64,000 nt of DNA from Escherichia coli (GCF_050320075.1 NZ_CP190018.1); one strand, 5' to 3'. Positions 1-10,781 are shown, counted from the first letter of the stretch. Numbers and translations: made by a program. The notes: generated by a model not told the origin, from the sequence alone.

Positions 1-112
1 AAAGCGCATAAAAATAACAACATAAAACACTTTACCACCACCAAAAAATTCTCTATTGCATTGTTTTTTAATGAAAAAACATTATTCTCGTAATATTTCA
101 CGATAAATAACA

Positions 113-132
113 TTAGGATTTTGTTATTTAAA
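113..132 (+). promoter_or_regulatory. GAD box (GadE-binding site) of the gadBC promoter
   Basis: The 20-mer TTAGGATTTTGTTATTTAAA lies about 80 nt upstream of the gadB ATG. It matches the published GAD box of the gadA/gadBC promoters (from memory). Confidence 0.8.
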
Positions 133-211
133 CCCGAGTCCTTTGCACTTGCTTACTTTATCGATAAATCCTACTTTTTTAATGCGATCCAATCATTTTA
201 AGGAGTTTAAA

Positions 212-1612
212 ATGGATAAGAAGCAAGTAACGGATTTAAGGTCGGAACTACTCGATTCACGTTTTGGTGCGAAGTCTATTTCCACTATCGCAGAATCAAA
301 ACGATTTCCGCTGCACGAAATGCGCGATGATGTCGCATTCCAGATTATCAATGACGAATTATATCTTGATGGCAACGCTCGTCAGAACCTGGCCACTTTC
401 TGCCAGACCTGGGACGACGAAAATGTCCATAAGTTGATGGATTTATCCATTAACAAAAACTGGATCGACAAAGAAGAATATCCGCAATCCGCTGCAATCG
501 ACCTGCGTTGCGTAAACATGGTTGCCGATCTGTGGCATGCGCCTGCGCCGAAAAATGGTCAGGCCGTTGGCACCAACACCATTGGTTCTTCCGAGGCCTG
601 TATGCTCGGCGGGATGGCGATGAAATGGCGTTGGCGCAAGCGTATGGAAGCTGCAGGCAAACCAACGGATAAACCAAACCTGGTGTGCGGTCCGGTGCAA
701 ATCTGCTGGCATAAATTCGCCCGCTACTGGGATGTGGAGCTGCGTGAGATCCCTATGCGCCCCGGTCAGTTGTTTATGGACCCGAAACGCATGATTGAAG
801 CCTGCGACGAAAACACCATCGGCGTGGTGCCGACTTTCGGCGTGACCTACACCGGTAACTATGAGTTCCCGCAGCCGCTGCACGATGCGCTGGATAAATT
901 CCAGGCCGACACCGGTATCGACATCGACATGCACATCGACGCCGCCAGCGGTGGCTTCCTGGCACCGTTCGTCGCCCCGGATATCGTCTGGGACTTCCGC
1001 CTGCCGCGTGTGAAATCGATCAGTGCTTCAGGCCATAAATTCGGTCTGGCTCCGCTGGGCTGCGGCTGGGTTATCTGGCGTGATGAAGAAGCGCTGCCGC
1101 AGGAACTGGTGTTCAACGTTGACTACCTCGGTGGTCAGATTGGGACTTTCGCCATCAACTTCTCCCGCCCGGCGGGTCAGGTAATTGCACAGTACTATGA
1201 ATTCCTGCGCCTCGGTCGTGAAGGCTATACCAAAGTACAGAACGCCTCTTACCAGGTTGCCGCTTATCTGGCGGATGAAATCGCCAAACTGGGGCCGTAT
1301 GAGTTCATCTGTACCGGTCGCCCGGACGAAGGCATCCCGGCGGTTTGCTTCAAACTGAAAGAGGGTGAAGATCCGGGATACACCCTCTACGACCTCTCTG
1401 AACGTCTGCGTCTGCGCGGCTGGCAGGTTCCGGCCTTCACTCTCGGCGGTGAAGCCACCGACATCGTGGTGATGCGCATTATGTGTCGTCGCGGCTTCGA
1501 AATGGACTTTGCTGAACTGTTGCTGGAAGACTACAAAGCCTCCCTGAAATATCTCAGCGACCACCCGAAACTGCAGGGTATTGCCCAGCAGAACAGCTTT
1601 AAACATACCTGA
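212..1612 (+). CDS. gadB: Glutamate decarboxylase beta (PLP-dependent)
   Basis: ORF 143..1612 was trimmed to ATG 212, which has AAGGAG upstream. The 466-aa product starts [19 protein letters not shown] and contains the SGHKF PLP-lysine motif. gadC follows. Confidence 0.96.
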   Translation: MDKKQVTDLRSELLDSRFGAKSISTIAESKRFPLHEMRDDVAFQIINDELYLDGNARQNLATFCQTWDDENVHKLMDLSINKNWIDKEEYPQSAAIDLRCVNMVADLWHAPAPKNGQAVGTNTIGSSEACMLGGMAMKWRWRKRMEAAGKPTDKPNLVCGPVQICWHKFARYWDVELREIPMRPGQLFMDPKRMIEACDENTIGVVPTFGVTYTGNYEFPQPLHDALDKFQADTGIDIDMHIDAASGGFLAPFVAPDIVWDFRLPRVKSISASGHKFGLAPLGCGWVIWRDEEALPQELVFNVDYLGGQIGTFAINFSRPAGQVIAQYYEFLRLGREGYTKVQNASYQVAAYLADEIAKLGPYEFICTGRPDEGIPAVCFKLKEGEDPGYTLYDLSERLRLRGWQVPAFTLGGEATDIVVMRIMCRRGFEMDFAELLLEDYKASLKYLSDHPKLQGIAQQNSFKHT

Positions 1613-1767
1613 TAACGTTTAACGGTAACGGTGTCCCGAAACACACCCGTTTCGGGACAATTTCCAAAGTCTGTTCACTGGCATTAGCAACGGAAAATAT
1701 TGTTCTGAATACGTTTCAGAACAAAACAGGTGCGGTTCCGACAGGAATACCGTTTTAGGGGGATAAT

Positions 1768-3303
1768 ATGGCTACATCAGTACAGACAGGTAAAGCTAAG
1801 CAGCTCACATTACTCGGATTTTTTGCCATAACGGCATCGATGGTAATGGCTGTTTATGAATACCCTACCTTCGCAACATCGGGCTTTTCATTAGTCTTCT
1901 TCCTGCTATTAGGCGGGATTTTATGGTTTATTCCCGTGGGACTTTGTGCTGCGGAAATGGCTACCGTCGACGGCTGGGAAGAAGGTGGTGTCTTCGCCTG
2001 GGTATCAAATACTCTGGGGCCGAGATGGGGATTTGCAGCGATCTCATTTGGCTATCTGCAAATCGCCATTGGTTTTATTCCGATGCTCTATTTCGTGTTA
2101 GGGGCACTCTCCTACATCCTGAAATGGCCAGCGCTGAATGAAGACCCCATTACCAAAACTATTGCAGCACTCATCATTCTTTGGGCGCTGGCATTAACGC
2201 AGTTTGGTGGCACGAAATACACGGCGCGAATTGCTAAAGTTGGCTTCTTCGCCGGTATCCTGTTACCTGCATTTATTTTGATCGCATTAGCGGCTATTTA
2301 TCTGCACTCCGGTGCCCCCGTTGCTATCGAAATGGATTCGAAGACCTTCTTCCCTGACTTCTCTAAAGTGGGCACCCTGGTTGTATTTGTTGCCTTCATT
2401 TTGAGTTATATGGGGGTAGAAGCATCTGCAACCCACGTCAATGAAATGAGCAACCCAGGGCGCGACTATCCGTTGGCTATGTTATTGCTGATGGTGGCGG
2501 CAATCTGCTTAAGCTCTGTTGGCGGTTTGTCTATTGCGATGGTCATTCCGGGTAATGAAATCAACCTCTCCGCAGGGGTAATGCAAACCTTTACCGTTCT
2601 GATGTCCCATGTGGCACCGGAAATTGAGTGGACGGTTCGCGTGATCTCCGCACTGCTGTTGCTGGGTGTTCTGGCGGAAATCGCTTCCTGGATTGTTGGT
2701 CCTTCTCGCGGGATGTATGTCACAGCGCAGAAAAACCTGCTGCCAGCAGCATTCGCTAAAATGAACAAAAATGGCGTACCGGTAACGCTGGTCATTTCGC
2801 AGCTGGTGATTACTTCTATCGCGTTGATCATCCTCACCAATACCGGTGGCGGTAACAACATGTCCTTCCTGATCGCACTGGCGCTGACGGTGGTGATTTA
2901 TCTGTGTGCTTATTTCATGCTGTTTATTGGCTACATTGTGTTGGTTCTTAAACATCCTGACTTAAAACGCACATTTAATATCCCTGGTGGTAAAGGGGTG
3001 AAACTGGTCGTGGCTGTTGTCGGTCTGCTGACTTCAATTATGGCGTTTATTGTTTCCTTCCTGCCGCCGGATAACATCCAGGGTGACTCTACCGATATGT
3101 ATGTTGAATTACTGGTCGTGAGTTTCCTGGTGGTACTTGCCCTGCCCTTTATTCTCTATGCTGTTCATGATCGTAAAGGCAAAGGGAATACCGGCGTCAC
3201 TCTGGAGCCAATCAACAGTCAGAACGCACCAAAAGGTCACTTCTTCCTGCACCCGCGTGCACGTTCACCACACTATATTGTGATGAATGACAAGAAACAC
3301 TAA
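1768..3303 (+). CDS. gadC: Glutamate:GABA antiporter (APC family)
   Basis: A 511-aa polytopic membrane protein starting [19 protein letters not shown], directly downstream of gadB. Confidence 0.96.
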   Translation: MATSVQTGKAKQLTLLGFFAITASMVMAVYEYPTFATSGFSLVFFLLLGGILWFIPVGLCAAEMATVDGWEEGGVFAWVSNTLGPRWGFAAISFGYLQIAIGFIPMLYFVLGALSYILKWPALNEDPITKTIAALIILWALALTQFGGTKYTARIAKVGFFAGILLPAFILIALAAIYLHSGAPVAIEMDSKTFFPDFSKVGTLVVFVAFILSYMGVEASATHVNEMSNPGRDYPLAMLLLMVAAICLSSVGGLSIAMVIPGNEINLSAGVMQTFTVLMSHVAPEIEWTVRVISALLLLGVLAEIASWIVGPSRGMYVTAQKNLLPAAFAKMNKNGVPVTLVISQLVITSIALIILTNTGGGNNMSFLIALALTVVIYLCAYFMLFIGYIVLVLKHPDLKRTFNIPGGKGVKLVVAVVGLLTSIMAFIVSFLPPDNIQGDSTDMYVELLVVSFLVVLALPFILYAVHDRKGKGNTGVTLEPINSQNAPKGHFFLHPRARSPHYIVMNDKKH

Positions 3304-3328
3304 CCATGTCTGAATGGTTATAAGATAA

Positions 3329-3356
3329 GGGAGCGATAATTCATCGCTCCCTTTTT
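3329..3356 (+). terminator. Rho-independent terminator after gadC
   Basis: GGGAGCGAtaattcaTCGCTCCC followed by TTTTT. Confidence 0.8.
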
Positions 3357-3433
3357 CGTGCTTGCTGTCGTATTGACTTAACCGGGATAAGTACGAGAAT
3401 GAGCGCACATCTGTTTACCGGAAACCAGCACAT

Positions 3434-4753
3434 ATGGATATCTGCTCCCGAAACGAGAAATTAGCGATTAGAAGACCAGCGATACTGGTTGCACTGGCAC
3501 TTTTACTGTGTAGTTGTAAAAGCACGCCTCCAGAGTCCATGGTGACACCACCAGCGGGTTCAAAGCCACCAGCCACGACGCAACAATCGTCACAACCGAT
3601 GCGTGGCATCTGGCTGGCTACGGTGTCTCGCCTCGACTGGCCACCGGTTTCCTCGGTTAACATTAGTAACCCCACCAGCCGGGCCCGTGTACAACAACAG
3701 GCGATGATCGACAAACTGGATCATCTGCAACGTCTCGGCATAAACACGGTCTTTTTCCAGGTCAAGCCGGACGGTACCGCCCTGTGGCCATCAAAAATTT
3801 TGCCGTGGTCCGATCTTATGACCGGAAAGATTGGTGAAAATCCAGGTTACGATCCGCTGCAATTTATGCTCGACGAAGCCCACAAGCGTGGGATGAAAGT
3901 ACACGCCTGGTTTAACCCCTATCGCGTATCGGTTAATACGAAGCCCGGTACTATCAGGGAACTGAATAGCACTCTGTCTCAACAACCAGCGAGCGTCTAT
4001 GTGCAACACCGCGACTGGATCAGAACGTCCGGCGATCGCTTTGTCCTCGACCCGGGCATCCCTGAAGTTCAGGACTGGATCACATCAATAGTCGCGGAAG
4101 TGGTTTCCCGCTATCCGGTAGATGGCGTGCAGTTTGACGACTATTTCTATACTGAGTCACCAGCTTCACGGCTAAATGATAACGAAACGTACCGCAAATA
4201 CGGAGGCGCATTTGCGTCAAAAGCAGACTGGCGGCGCAACAATACTCAGCAGTTAATTGCGAAGGTATCGCACACCATTAAAAGCATTAAGCCGGAAGTC
4301 GAATTTGGCGTTAGCCCGGCAGGCGTGTGGCGTAACCGATCACACGATCCGCTCGGTTCCGATACCCGAGGCGCGGCAGCCTATGACGAATCCTACGCTG
4401 ACACCCGTCGATGGGTGGAACAAGGATTGCTGGATTACATTGCTCCCCAAATTTACTGGCCGTTCTCACGGAGTGCCGCACGTTATGACGTTTTGGCAAA
4501 ATGGTGGGCAGATGTCGTTAAACCGACCAGGACCCGCCTGTATATCGGTATCGCCTTCTATAAAGTGGGTGAACCTTCAAAGATAGAGCCAGACTGGATG
4601 ATTAACGGCGGCGTACCGGAACTGAAAAAACAGCTCGATCTTAACGATGCCGTGCCAGAAATTAGCGGCACAATCTTGTTCCGTGAGGACTATCTGAATA
4701 AACCGCAGACTCAACAAGCGGTTAGCTATCTGCAAAGTCGTTGGGGCAGTTAA
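3434..4753 (+). CDS. yddW: Glycosyl-hydrolase-like (GHL10) lipoprotein
   Basis: A 439-aa ORF with a signal/lipobox-like N-terminus (ALALLLCSCKS), in the K-12 yddW position next to gadC. Confidence 0.9.
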   Translation: MDICSRNEKLAIRRPAILVALALLLCSCKSTPPESMVTPPAGSKPPATTQQSSQPMRGIWLATVSRLDWPPVSSVNISNPTSRARVQQQAMIDKLDHLQRLGINTVFFQVKPDGTALWPSKILPWSDLMTGKIGENPGYDPLQFMLDEAHKRGMKVHAWFNPYRVSVNTKPGTIRELNSTLSQQPASVYVQHRDWIRTSGDRFVLDPGIPEVQDWITSIVAEVVSRYPVDGVQFDDYFYTESPASRLNDNETYRKYGGAFASKADWRRNNTQQLIAKVSHTIKSIKPEVEFGVSPAGVWRNRSHDPLGSDTRGAAAYDESYADTRRWVEQGLLDYIAPQIYWPFSRSAARYDVLAKWWADVVKPTRTRLYIGIAFYKVGEPSKIEPDWMINGGVPELKKQLDLNDAVPEISGTILFREDYLNKPQTQQAVSYLQSRWGS

Positions 4754-4775
4754 ACTCCCATTCATACTTTGTGAC

Positions 4776-4800
4776 AAGCCGGTGGTTTACCCACCGGCTT
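4776..4800 (+). terminator. Hairpin terminator after yddW
   Basis: AAGCCGGTGGtttacCCACCGGCTT. The T-run is weak. Confidence 0.55.
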
Positions 4801-5129
4801 GCTACCCTCTTGAAATATCCCACTAGTAATCATGCTTACTTAAGTCAAATTAACTACGCAATTAACCACACTTAGTTAAACAGTCATAAATCCCCTAATA
4901 AAAATGTATGAACATGAAAAAACATACGATATTCGCTGTCACCGAAAAATAATTACGATGGGCTATACTCTTCTGAAGAACAGTAGCGTAGATTGAAACT
5001 GTCCTAAGTCGCTTATTTCTTTTCAGTATATCTTCATATTTCAGGAGAATATGGTGCAGTTAGTCGATCTCGCACGTTGCGTTTCGTTTTGATTCCGTCT
5101 GCTTTCCCAGCCTTATAAGGGTGTGAATT

Positions 5130-5467
5130 ATGGAGATGTATTTTAAAAGAATGAAAGATGAGTGGACCGGGCTTGTCGAACAAGCAGATCCGCTCATTCG
5201 TGCTAAAGCCGCGGAAATTGCCGTTGCGCATGCCCATTATCTGAGTATTGAGTTTTACCGAATTGTCCGTATCGACCCGCATGCCGAAGAATTCTTGAGT
5301 AATGAACAAGTTGAGCGGCAGTTGAAAAGTGCGATGGAACGCTGGATTATTAACGTGCTTTCTGCCCAGGTGGACGATGTCGAAAGGCTAATACAAATCC
5401 AGCATACCGTTGCGGAAGTGCATGCCCGCATAGGAATTCCGGTAGAAATTGTCGAGATGGGGTTTCG
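5130..5467 (+). pseudogene. dosC: dosC 5' fragment (globin-sensor domain only), truncated by IS1
   Basis: MEMYFKRMKDEWTGLVEQADPL... matches the DosC N-terminus for about 112 codons. It then runs into the IS1 left inverted repeat at 5468, and the ORF ends in IS1 sequence at 5489. No GGDEF domain follows. Confidence 0.92.
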
Positions 5468-5522
5468 GGTGATGCTGCCAACTTACTGATTTAGTGTATG
5501 ATGGTGTTTTTGAGGTGCTCCA

Positions 5523-5798
5523 GTGGCTTCTGTTTCTATCAGCTGTCCCTCCTGTTCAGCTACTGACGGGGTGGTGCGTAACGGCAAAAGCACCGCCGGA
5601 CATCAGCGCTATCTCTGCTCTCACTGCCGTAAAACATGGCAACTGCAGTTCACTTACACCGCTTCTCAACCCGGTACGCACCAGAAAATCATTGATATGG
5701 CCATGAATGGCGTTGGATGCCGGGCAACCGCCCGCATTATGGGCGTTGGCCTCAACACGATTTTCCGCCATTTAAAAAACTCAGGCCGCAGTCGGTAA
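5523..5798 (+). CDS. insA: IS1 InsA
   Basis: A 91-aa zinc-finger/HTH protein, [32 protein letters not shown]... Confidence 0.95.
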   Translation: MASVSISCPSCSATDGVVRNGKSTAGHQRYLCSHCRKTWQLQFTYTASQPGTHQKIIDMAMNGVGCRATARIMGVGLNTIFRHLKNSGRSR

Positions 5799-6220
5799 CC
5801 TCGCGCATACAGCCGGGCAGTGACGTCATCGTCTGCGCGGAAATGGACGAACAGTGGGGATACGTCGGGGCTAAATCGCGCCAGCGCTGGCTGTTTTACG
5901 CGTATGACAGGCTCCGGAAGACGGTTGTTGCGCACGTATTCGGTGAACGCACTCTGGCCACACTGGAGCGTCTTCTAAGCCTGCTGTCGGCCTTTGAGGT
6001 CGTGGTATGGATGACGGATGGCTGGCCGCTGTATGAATCCCGCCTGAAGGGAAAGCTGCACGTAATCAGCAAGCGTTACACTCAGCGAATTGAGCGGCAT
6101 AACCTGAATCTGAGACAACATCTGGCAAGGCTGGGACGGAAGTCACTGTCGTTCTCAAAATCGGTGGAGCTGCATGACAAGGTCATCGGGCATTATCTGA
6201 ACATAAAACACTATCAGTAA
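5717..6220 (+). CDS. insB: IS1 InsB frame (expressed as InsAB' transposase by -1 frameshift)
   Basis: A 167-aa ORF overlapping insA. The AAAAAAC slippery site is at 5774..5780. Confidence 0.93.
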   Translation: MPGNRPHYGRWPQHDFPPFKKLRPQSVTSRIQPGSDVIVCAEMDEQWGYVGAKSRQRWLFYAYDRLRKTVVAHVFGERTLATLERLLSLLSAFEVVVWMTDGWPLYESRLKGKLHVISKRYTQRIERHNLNLRQHLARLGRKSLSFSKSVELHDKVIGHYLNIKHYQ

Positions 6221-6235
6221 GTTGGAGTCATTACC

Positions 6236-6430
6236 GAAAATTCAACAGCAGAACCCGCTCTGGTTAATGCCATTGAGCAAGGCCTTCGGGCAGAGCACGG
6301 TGTTGTCACTGAAGATGACATTCTCATGGAGCTGACCAAATGGGTGGAAGCTTCTGATAACGACATCCTCAGTGATATCTACCAGCAAACGATCAATTAT
6401 GTGGTCAGTGGCCAGCACCCTACGCTTTAA
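6236..6430 (+). pseudogene. bdm: bdm lacking its promoter and first 7 codons
   Basis: The frame starting immediately after IS1 reads ENSTAEPALVNAIEQGLRAEHGVVTEDDILMELTKWVEASDNDILSDIYQQTINYVVSGQHPTL*. This is Bdm residues 8-71, with no start codon. Confidence 0.88.
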
Positions 6431-6531
6431 GGTGCTATGCTTGATCGGCAACCTAATTTAGGGGTTTAGCACGTGTTTCTTCGCTACGGCGATGTTGTCC
6501 TTAAAACTAGCAACAGGATTGAGGAGTTAAA

Positions 6532-6669
6532 ATGAAATCGAACCGTCAGGCACGTCATATTCTTGGACTGGACCATAAAATTTCTAACCAGCGCAAAATA
6601 GTTACCGAAGGTGACAAATCCAGCGTGGTAAATAACCCAACCGGCAGAAAACGCCCCGCTGAAAAGTAA
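6532..6669 (+). CDS. sra: Stationary-phase ribosome-associated protein (S22)
   Basis: A 45-aa ORF not in the track, [45 protein letters not shown], with GAGGAG upstream. Confidence 0.92.
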
Positions 6670-6825
6670 TTCATAACCATCAGTCCTCAATGACGATTAA
6701 ACACCATTGCCTGCGCAATGGTGTTTTTGTTTTTATCTGCTTTATACTTGGGGCCGACGCCCTGGCGGTAAAGCAAAGACGATAAAAGCGTGCCAGGGTT
6801 GGATATTCAAAAAAGAGTGAGTGAC

Positions 6826-8523
6826 ATGGAACCAAAAACAAAAAAACAGCGTTCGCTTTATATTCCTTACGCTGGCCCTGTACTGCTGGAATTTCCGTTG
6901 TTGAATAAAGGCAGTGCCTTCAGCATGGAAGAACGCCGTAACTTCAACCTGCTGGGGTTACTGCCGGAAGTGGTCGAAACCATCGAAGAGCAAGCGGAAC
7001 GAGCATGGATCCAGTATCAGGGATTCAAAACCGAAATCGACAAACACATCTACCTGCGTAACATCCAGGACACTAACGAAACCCTCTTCTACCGTCTGGT
7101 AAACAATCATCTTGATGAGATGATGCCTGTTATTTATACCCCAACCGTTGGCGCAGCCTGTGAGCGTTTTTCTGAGATCTACCGCCGTTCACGCGGCGTG
7201 TTTATCTCTTACCAGAACCGCCACAATATGGACGATATTCTGCAAAACGTGCCGAACCATAATATTAAAGTGATTGTGGTGACTGACGGCGAACGTATTC
7301 TGGGGCTTGGTGACCAGGGCATCGGCGGGATGGGCATTCCGATCGGTAAACTGTCGCTCTATACCGCTTGTGGCGGCATCAGCCCAGCGTATACCCTTCC
7401 GGTGGTGCTGGATGTCGGGACGAATAACCAACAGCTGCTTAACGATCCGCTGTATATGGGCTGGCGTAATCCGCGTATCACTGACGACGAATACTATGAA
7501 TTCGTTGATGAATTTATCCAGGCTGTGAAACAACGCTGGCCGGACGTACTGTTGCAGTTTGAAGACTTCGCACAAAAAAATGCGATGCCGTTACTTAACC
7601 GCTATCGCAATGAAATTTGTTCTTTTAACGATGACATTCAGGGCACCGCGGCGGTAACGGTCGGCACACTGATCGCAGCCAGCCGCGCGGCAGGTGGTCA
7701 GTTAAGCGAGAAAAAAATCGTCTTCCTTGGCGCAGGTTCAGCGGGATGCGGCATTGCCGAAATGATCATTGCCCAGACTCAGCGCGAAGGATTAAGCGAG
7801 GAAACGGCGCGGCAGAAAGTCTTTATGGTCGATCGCTTTGGCCTGCTGACCGACAAGATGCCGAACCTGCTGCCTTTCCAGACCAAACTGGTGCAGAAAC
7901 GCGAAAACCTCAGTGACTGGGATACCGACAGCGATGTGCTGTCACTGCTGGATGTGGTGCGTAATGTAAAACCAGATATTCTGATTGGCGTCTCAGGACA
8001 GACCGGGCTGTTTACGGAAGAGATCATCCGTGAGATGCATAAACACTGTCCGCGTCCGATCGTGATGCCGTTGTCTAACCCGACTTCACGCGTGGAAGCC
8101 ACACCGCAGGACATTATCGCCTGGACTGAAGGTAACGCGCTGGTCGCCACTGGCAGTCCGTTTAACCCAGTGGTATGGAAAGATAAAATCTACCCTATCG
8201 CCCAGTGTAACAACGCCTTTATTTTCCCGGGCATCGGGCTGGGCGTTATTGCTTCCGGCGCGTCACGTATCACCGATGAGATGCTGATGTCGGCAAGTGA
8301 AACGCTTGCTCAGTATTCGCCACTGGTGCTGAACGGCGAAGGTCTGGTACTGCCGGAACTGAAAGATATTCAGAAAGTCTCCCGCGCAATTGCCTTTGCG
8401 GTTGGCAAAATGGCGCAGCAGCAAGGCGTGGCGGTGAAAACCTCCGCCGAAGCTCTGCAACAGGCCATTGATGATAATTTCTGGCAAGCCGAATACCGCG
8501 ACTACCGCCGTACCTCCATCTAA
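6826..8523 (+). CDS. maeA: NAD-dependent malic enzyme
   Basis: ORF 6790..8523 trimmed to [23 protein letters not shown] (565 aa). Confidence 0.96.
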   Translation: MEPKTKKQRSLYIPYAGPVLLEFPLLNKGSAFSMEERRNFNLLGLLPEVVETIEEQAERAWIQYQGFKTEIDKHIYLRNIQDTNETLFYRLVNNHLDEMMPVIYTPTVGAACERFSEIYRRSRGVFISYQNRHNMDDILQNVPNHNIKVIVVTDGERILGLGDQGIGGMGIPIGKLSLYTACGGISPAYTLPVVLDVGTNNQQLLNDPLYMGWRNPRITDDEYYEFVDEFIQAVKQRWPDVLLQFEDFAQKNAMPLLNRYRNEICSFNDDIQGTAAVTVGTLIAASRAAGGQLSEKKIVFLGAGSAGCGIAEMIIAQTQREGLSEETARQKVFMVDRFGLLTDKMPNLLPFQTKLVQKRENLSDWDTDSDVLSLLDVVRNVKPDILIGVSGQTGLFTEEIIREMHKHCPRPIVMPLSNPTSRVEATPQDIIAWTEGNALVATGSPFNPVVWKDKIYPIAQCNNAFIFPGIGLGVIASGASRITDEMLMSASETLAQYSPLVLNGEGLVLPELKDIQKVSRAIAFAVGKMAQQQGVAVKTSAEALQQAIDDNFWQAEYRDYRRTSI

Positions 8524-8656
8524 GCCTGCGCCCGGTAGTCAAGGCTACCGGGCAATTTCCCTCTCCCTTTTTCAGATCTCATCCATACTGGGTAGTGGCG
8601 AATAAATCTCATTTGCCTCACCTGCTATGCAGAACATCATCCGAAAAGGAGGAACT

Positions 8657-9667
8657 ATGAAGGCTGCAGTTGTTACGAAGGATCATCATGTTGACGTTAC
8701 GGATAAAACACTGCGCTCACTGAAACATGGCGAAGCCCTGCTGAAAATGGAGTGTTGTGGTGTATGTCATACCGATCTTCATGTGAAGAATGGCGATTTT
8801 GGTGACAAAACCGGCGTAATTCTGGGCCATGAAGGCATCGGTGTGGTGGCAGAAGTTGGCCCAGGTGTCACCTCATTAAAACCAGGCGATCGTGCCAGCG
8901 TGGCGTGGTTTTACGAAGGATGCGGTCATTGCGAATACTGTAACAGTGGTAACGAAACGCTCTGCCGTTCAGTTAAAAATGCCGGATACAGCGTTGATGG
9001 AGGGATGGCGGAAGAGTGCATCGTGGTCGCCGATTACGCGGTAAAAGTGCCAGATGGTCTGGACTCGGCGGCGGCCAGCAGCATTACCTGTGCGGGGGTC
9101 ACCACCTACAAAGCCGTTAAGCTGTCAAAAATTCGTCCAGGGCAGTGGATTGCTATCTACGGTCTTGGCGGTCTGGGTAACCTCGCCCTGCAATACGCGA
9201 AGAATGTCTTTAACGCCAAAGTGATCGCCATTGATGTCAATGATGAGCAGTTAAAACTGGCAACCGAAATGGGCGCAGATTTAGCGATTAACTCACGCAG
9301 CGAAGACGCCGCCAAAATTGTGCAGGAGAAAACTAGTGGCGCTCACGCTGCGGTGGTAACAGCGGTAGCTAAAGCTGCGTTTAACTCGGCAGTTGATGCT
9401 GTCCGTGCAGGTGGGCGTGTTGTGGCAGTCGGTCTGCCGCCGGAGTCTATGAGCCTGGATATCCCACGCCTTGTGCTGGATGGCATTGAAGTGGTCGGTT
9501 CTCTGGTCGGCACGCGCCAGGATCTAACCGAAGCCTTCCAGTTTGCCGCCGAAGGCAAAGTGGTGCCGAAAGTCGCCCTGCGTCCGTTAGCGGACATCAA
9601 CACCATCTTTACCGAGATGGAAGAAGGCAAAATCCGTGGCCGTATGGTGATTGATTTCCGCCGCTAA
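8657..9667 (+). CDS. adhP: Zn-dependent alcohol dehydrogenase, propanol-preferring
   Basis: ORF trimmed to [14 protein letters not shown] (336 aa), with AAGGAGG upstream. It carries the GHEGIG and CGHCEYC zinc motifs. Confidence 0.96.
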   Translation: MKAAVVTKDHHVDVTDKTLRSLKHGEALLKMECCGVCHTDLHVKNGDFGDKTGVILGHEGIGVVAEVGPGVTSLKPGDRASVAWFYEGCGHCEYCNSGNETLCRSVKNAGYSVDGGMAEECIVVADYAVKVPDGLDSAAASSITCAGVTTYKAVKLSKIRPGQWIAIYGLGGLGNLALQYAKNVFNAKVIAIDVNDEQLKLATEMGADLAINSRSEDAAKIVQEKTSGAHAAVVTAVAKAAFNSAVDAVRAGGRVVAVGLPPESMSLDIPRLVLDGIEVVGSLVGTRQDLTEAFQFAAEGKVVPKVALRPLADINTIFTEMEEGKIRGRMVIDFRR

Positions 9668-9783
9668 GAGGCCTTTGCTGCGACTGCCATGTTCGGGTCG
9701 CAGCATCGCACACTCTCCAACATGAAATGGCTAAATGGATTATTGTTGCGTAGGAAGGAACGCTACTGAGAGTAAAGACACTA

Positions 9784-10068
9784 ATGAAAATGGCCAATCA
9801 TCCCCGCCCGGGGGACATTATTCAGGAATCACTGGACGAACTTAATGTCAGCCTGCGCGAGTTTGCCAGAGCAATGGAAATTGCGCCCTCAACGGCAAGC
9901 CGATTGCTGACCGGAAAAGCAGCTTTGACACCAGAAATGGCGATTAAACTTTCCGTGGTGATCGGCAGTTCGCCGCAAATGTGGCTGAATCTGCAAAACG
10001 CCTGGAGTCTGGCAGAGGCAGAAAAAACGGTGGATGTGTCGCGATTACGCCGTCTGGTTACGCAATAA
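9784..10068 (+). CDS. yddM: HigA-like XRE-HTH antitoxin homolog (orphan)
   Basis: A 94-aa protein, [45 protein letters not shown]... No toxin ORF is adjacent. Confidence 0.9.
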
Positions 10069-10779
10069 TAAATATCCTCCGGCATAGCCGGAGGTTTTTC
10101 AAATGCGCCTGTAAGGCTCTGTTACCAGCCGCGCCCTAACAGGCGCATACGATCTGACATTTGCATTCAACTTCGTTACTTACGGCCCGTAAACGGGCTG
10201 CCCGGATATGGAATCGATAACTGCTCCCCCATTTTATCCTCTTCAAGCTGGTGCTTTATGTAGTCCTGTATCTTCGCCGTGTTCTTACCCACCGTATCGA
10301 CATAGTACCCTCGGCACCAGAACTCCCTGTTTCTGTATTTGAATTTCAAATCCCCAAACTGCTCGTAAAGCATCAGACTGCTTTTCCCTTTCAGATATCC
10401 CATAAAGCCGGATACGCTCATTTTGGGTGGGATTTCCACAAGCATATGGATATGATCTGCGCAGCACTCTGCTTCCAGAATCCGTACGCTTTTCCACTCA
10501 CACAGCTTTCTCAAAATACTGCCTATCGCCCTACGCTTCTCTCCGTAAAACGCCAGTCTTCGGTATTTCGGCGCAAAAACTATGTGATATTTACAGTTCC
10601 AGCGGGTGTGCGCTAAGCTCTTTTCGTCCCCCATTGGGACCCCCTTTTGATTTCTTGTTTGACACTTGCAGTTGCCAGACCGCAAGGTGTTTTAACAAAT
10701 CAAAAGGGGTTTTAATAACTGGCTCAAAGCTGAAAGCTTTCCGGAACCCCCAGCCTAGCTGGGGGTTTTCTGTGCACAA
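10067..10779 (-). mobile_element. IS200 (about 713 bp), copy 1
   Basis: The extent was defined by comparison with the inverted second copy at 49966..50678. It has a left-end hairpin (CCCCCAGCctaGCTGGGGG), tnpA, and a right-end hairpin CCTCCGGCataGCCGGAGG plus T5. No terminal inverted repeats and no target duplication are present, as expected for IS200/IS605. Confidence 0.9.
10176..10634 (-). CDS. tnpA: IS200 TnpA (Y1/HUH transposase)
   Basis: ORF trimmed to MGDEKSLAHTRWNCKYHIVFAPKYRR... (152 aa). It has the HUH motif (HIHMLV) and a C-terminal catalytic-Tyr region. Confidence 0.93.
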   Translation of the reverse strand: MGDEKSLAHTRWNCKYHIVFAPKYRRLAFYGEKRRAIGSILRKLCEWKSVRILEAECCADHIHMLVEIPPKMSVSGFMGYLKGKSSLMLYEQFGDLKFKYRNREFWCRGYYVDTVGKNTAKIQDYIKHQLEEDKMGEQLSIPYPGSPFTGRK

Positions 10780-10781
10780 AA

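Larger units (their letters stand above)
5468..6235 (+). mobile_element. IS1 (768 bp), copy A
   Basis: Termini are GGTGATGCTGCCAACTTACTGAT ... AAGTTGGAGTCATTACC. insA is 5523..5798 and insB frame is 5717..6220. The A6C -1 frameshift motif is at 5774..5780. There is no flanking direct repeat (left ...GGGGTTTCG, right GAAAATTCA...). Confidence 0.97.

Noticed and set aside
143-211. N-terminal extensions offered by the ORF track (gadB, and likewise maeA, adhP, fdnI, narU, narZ, ansP, yncD, mcbR, curA, mnaT, ortT, pptA, tnpA)
   Set aside because: The extensions lack ribosome-binding sites and run through promoter or intergenic sequence. The internal ATGs have good Shine-Dalgarno sequences and give the known protein lengths.
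1633-1658. A hairpin GTCCCGAAAcacacccgTTTCGGGAC between gadB and gadC that could be a terminator
   Set aside because: No T-run follows, and gadBC is a known operon. At most it is an mRNA-stabilising or processing structure, so it is not called.
9668-9783. A possible degraded HigB toxin remnant upstream of yddM
   Set aside because: All three forward frames contain stops within 10-25 codons, and nothing resembles a RelE/HigB C-terminus. I cannot exclude a very degraded remnant without a profile search.
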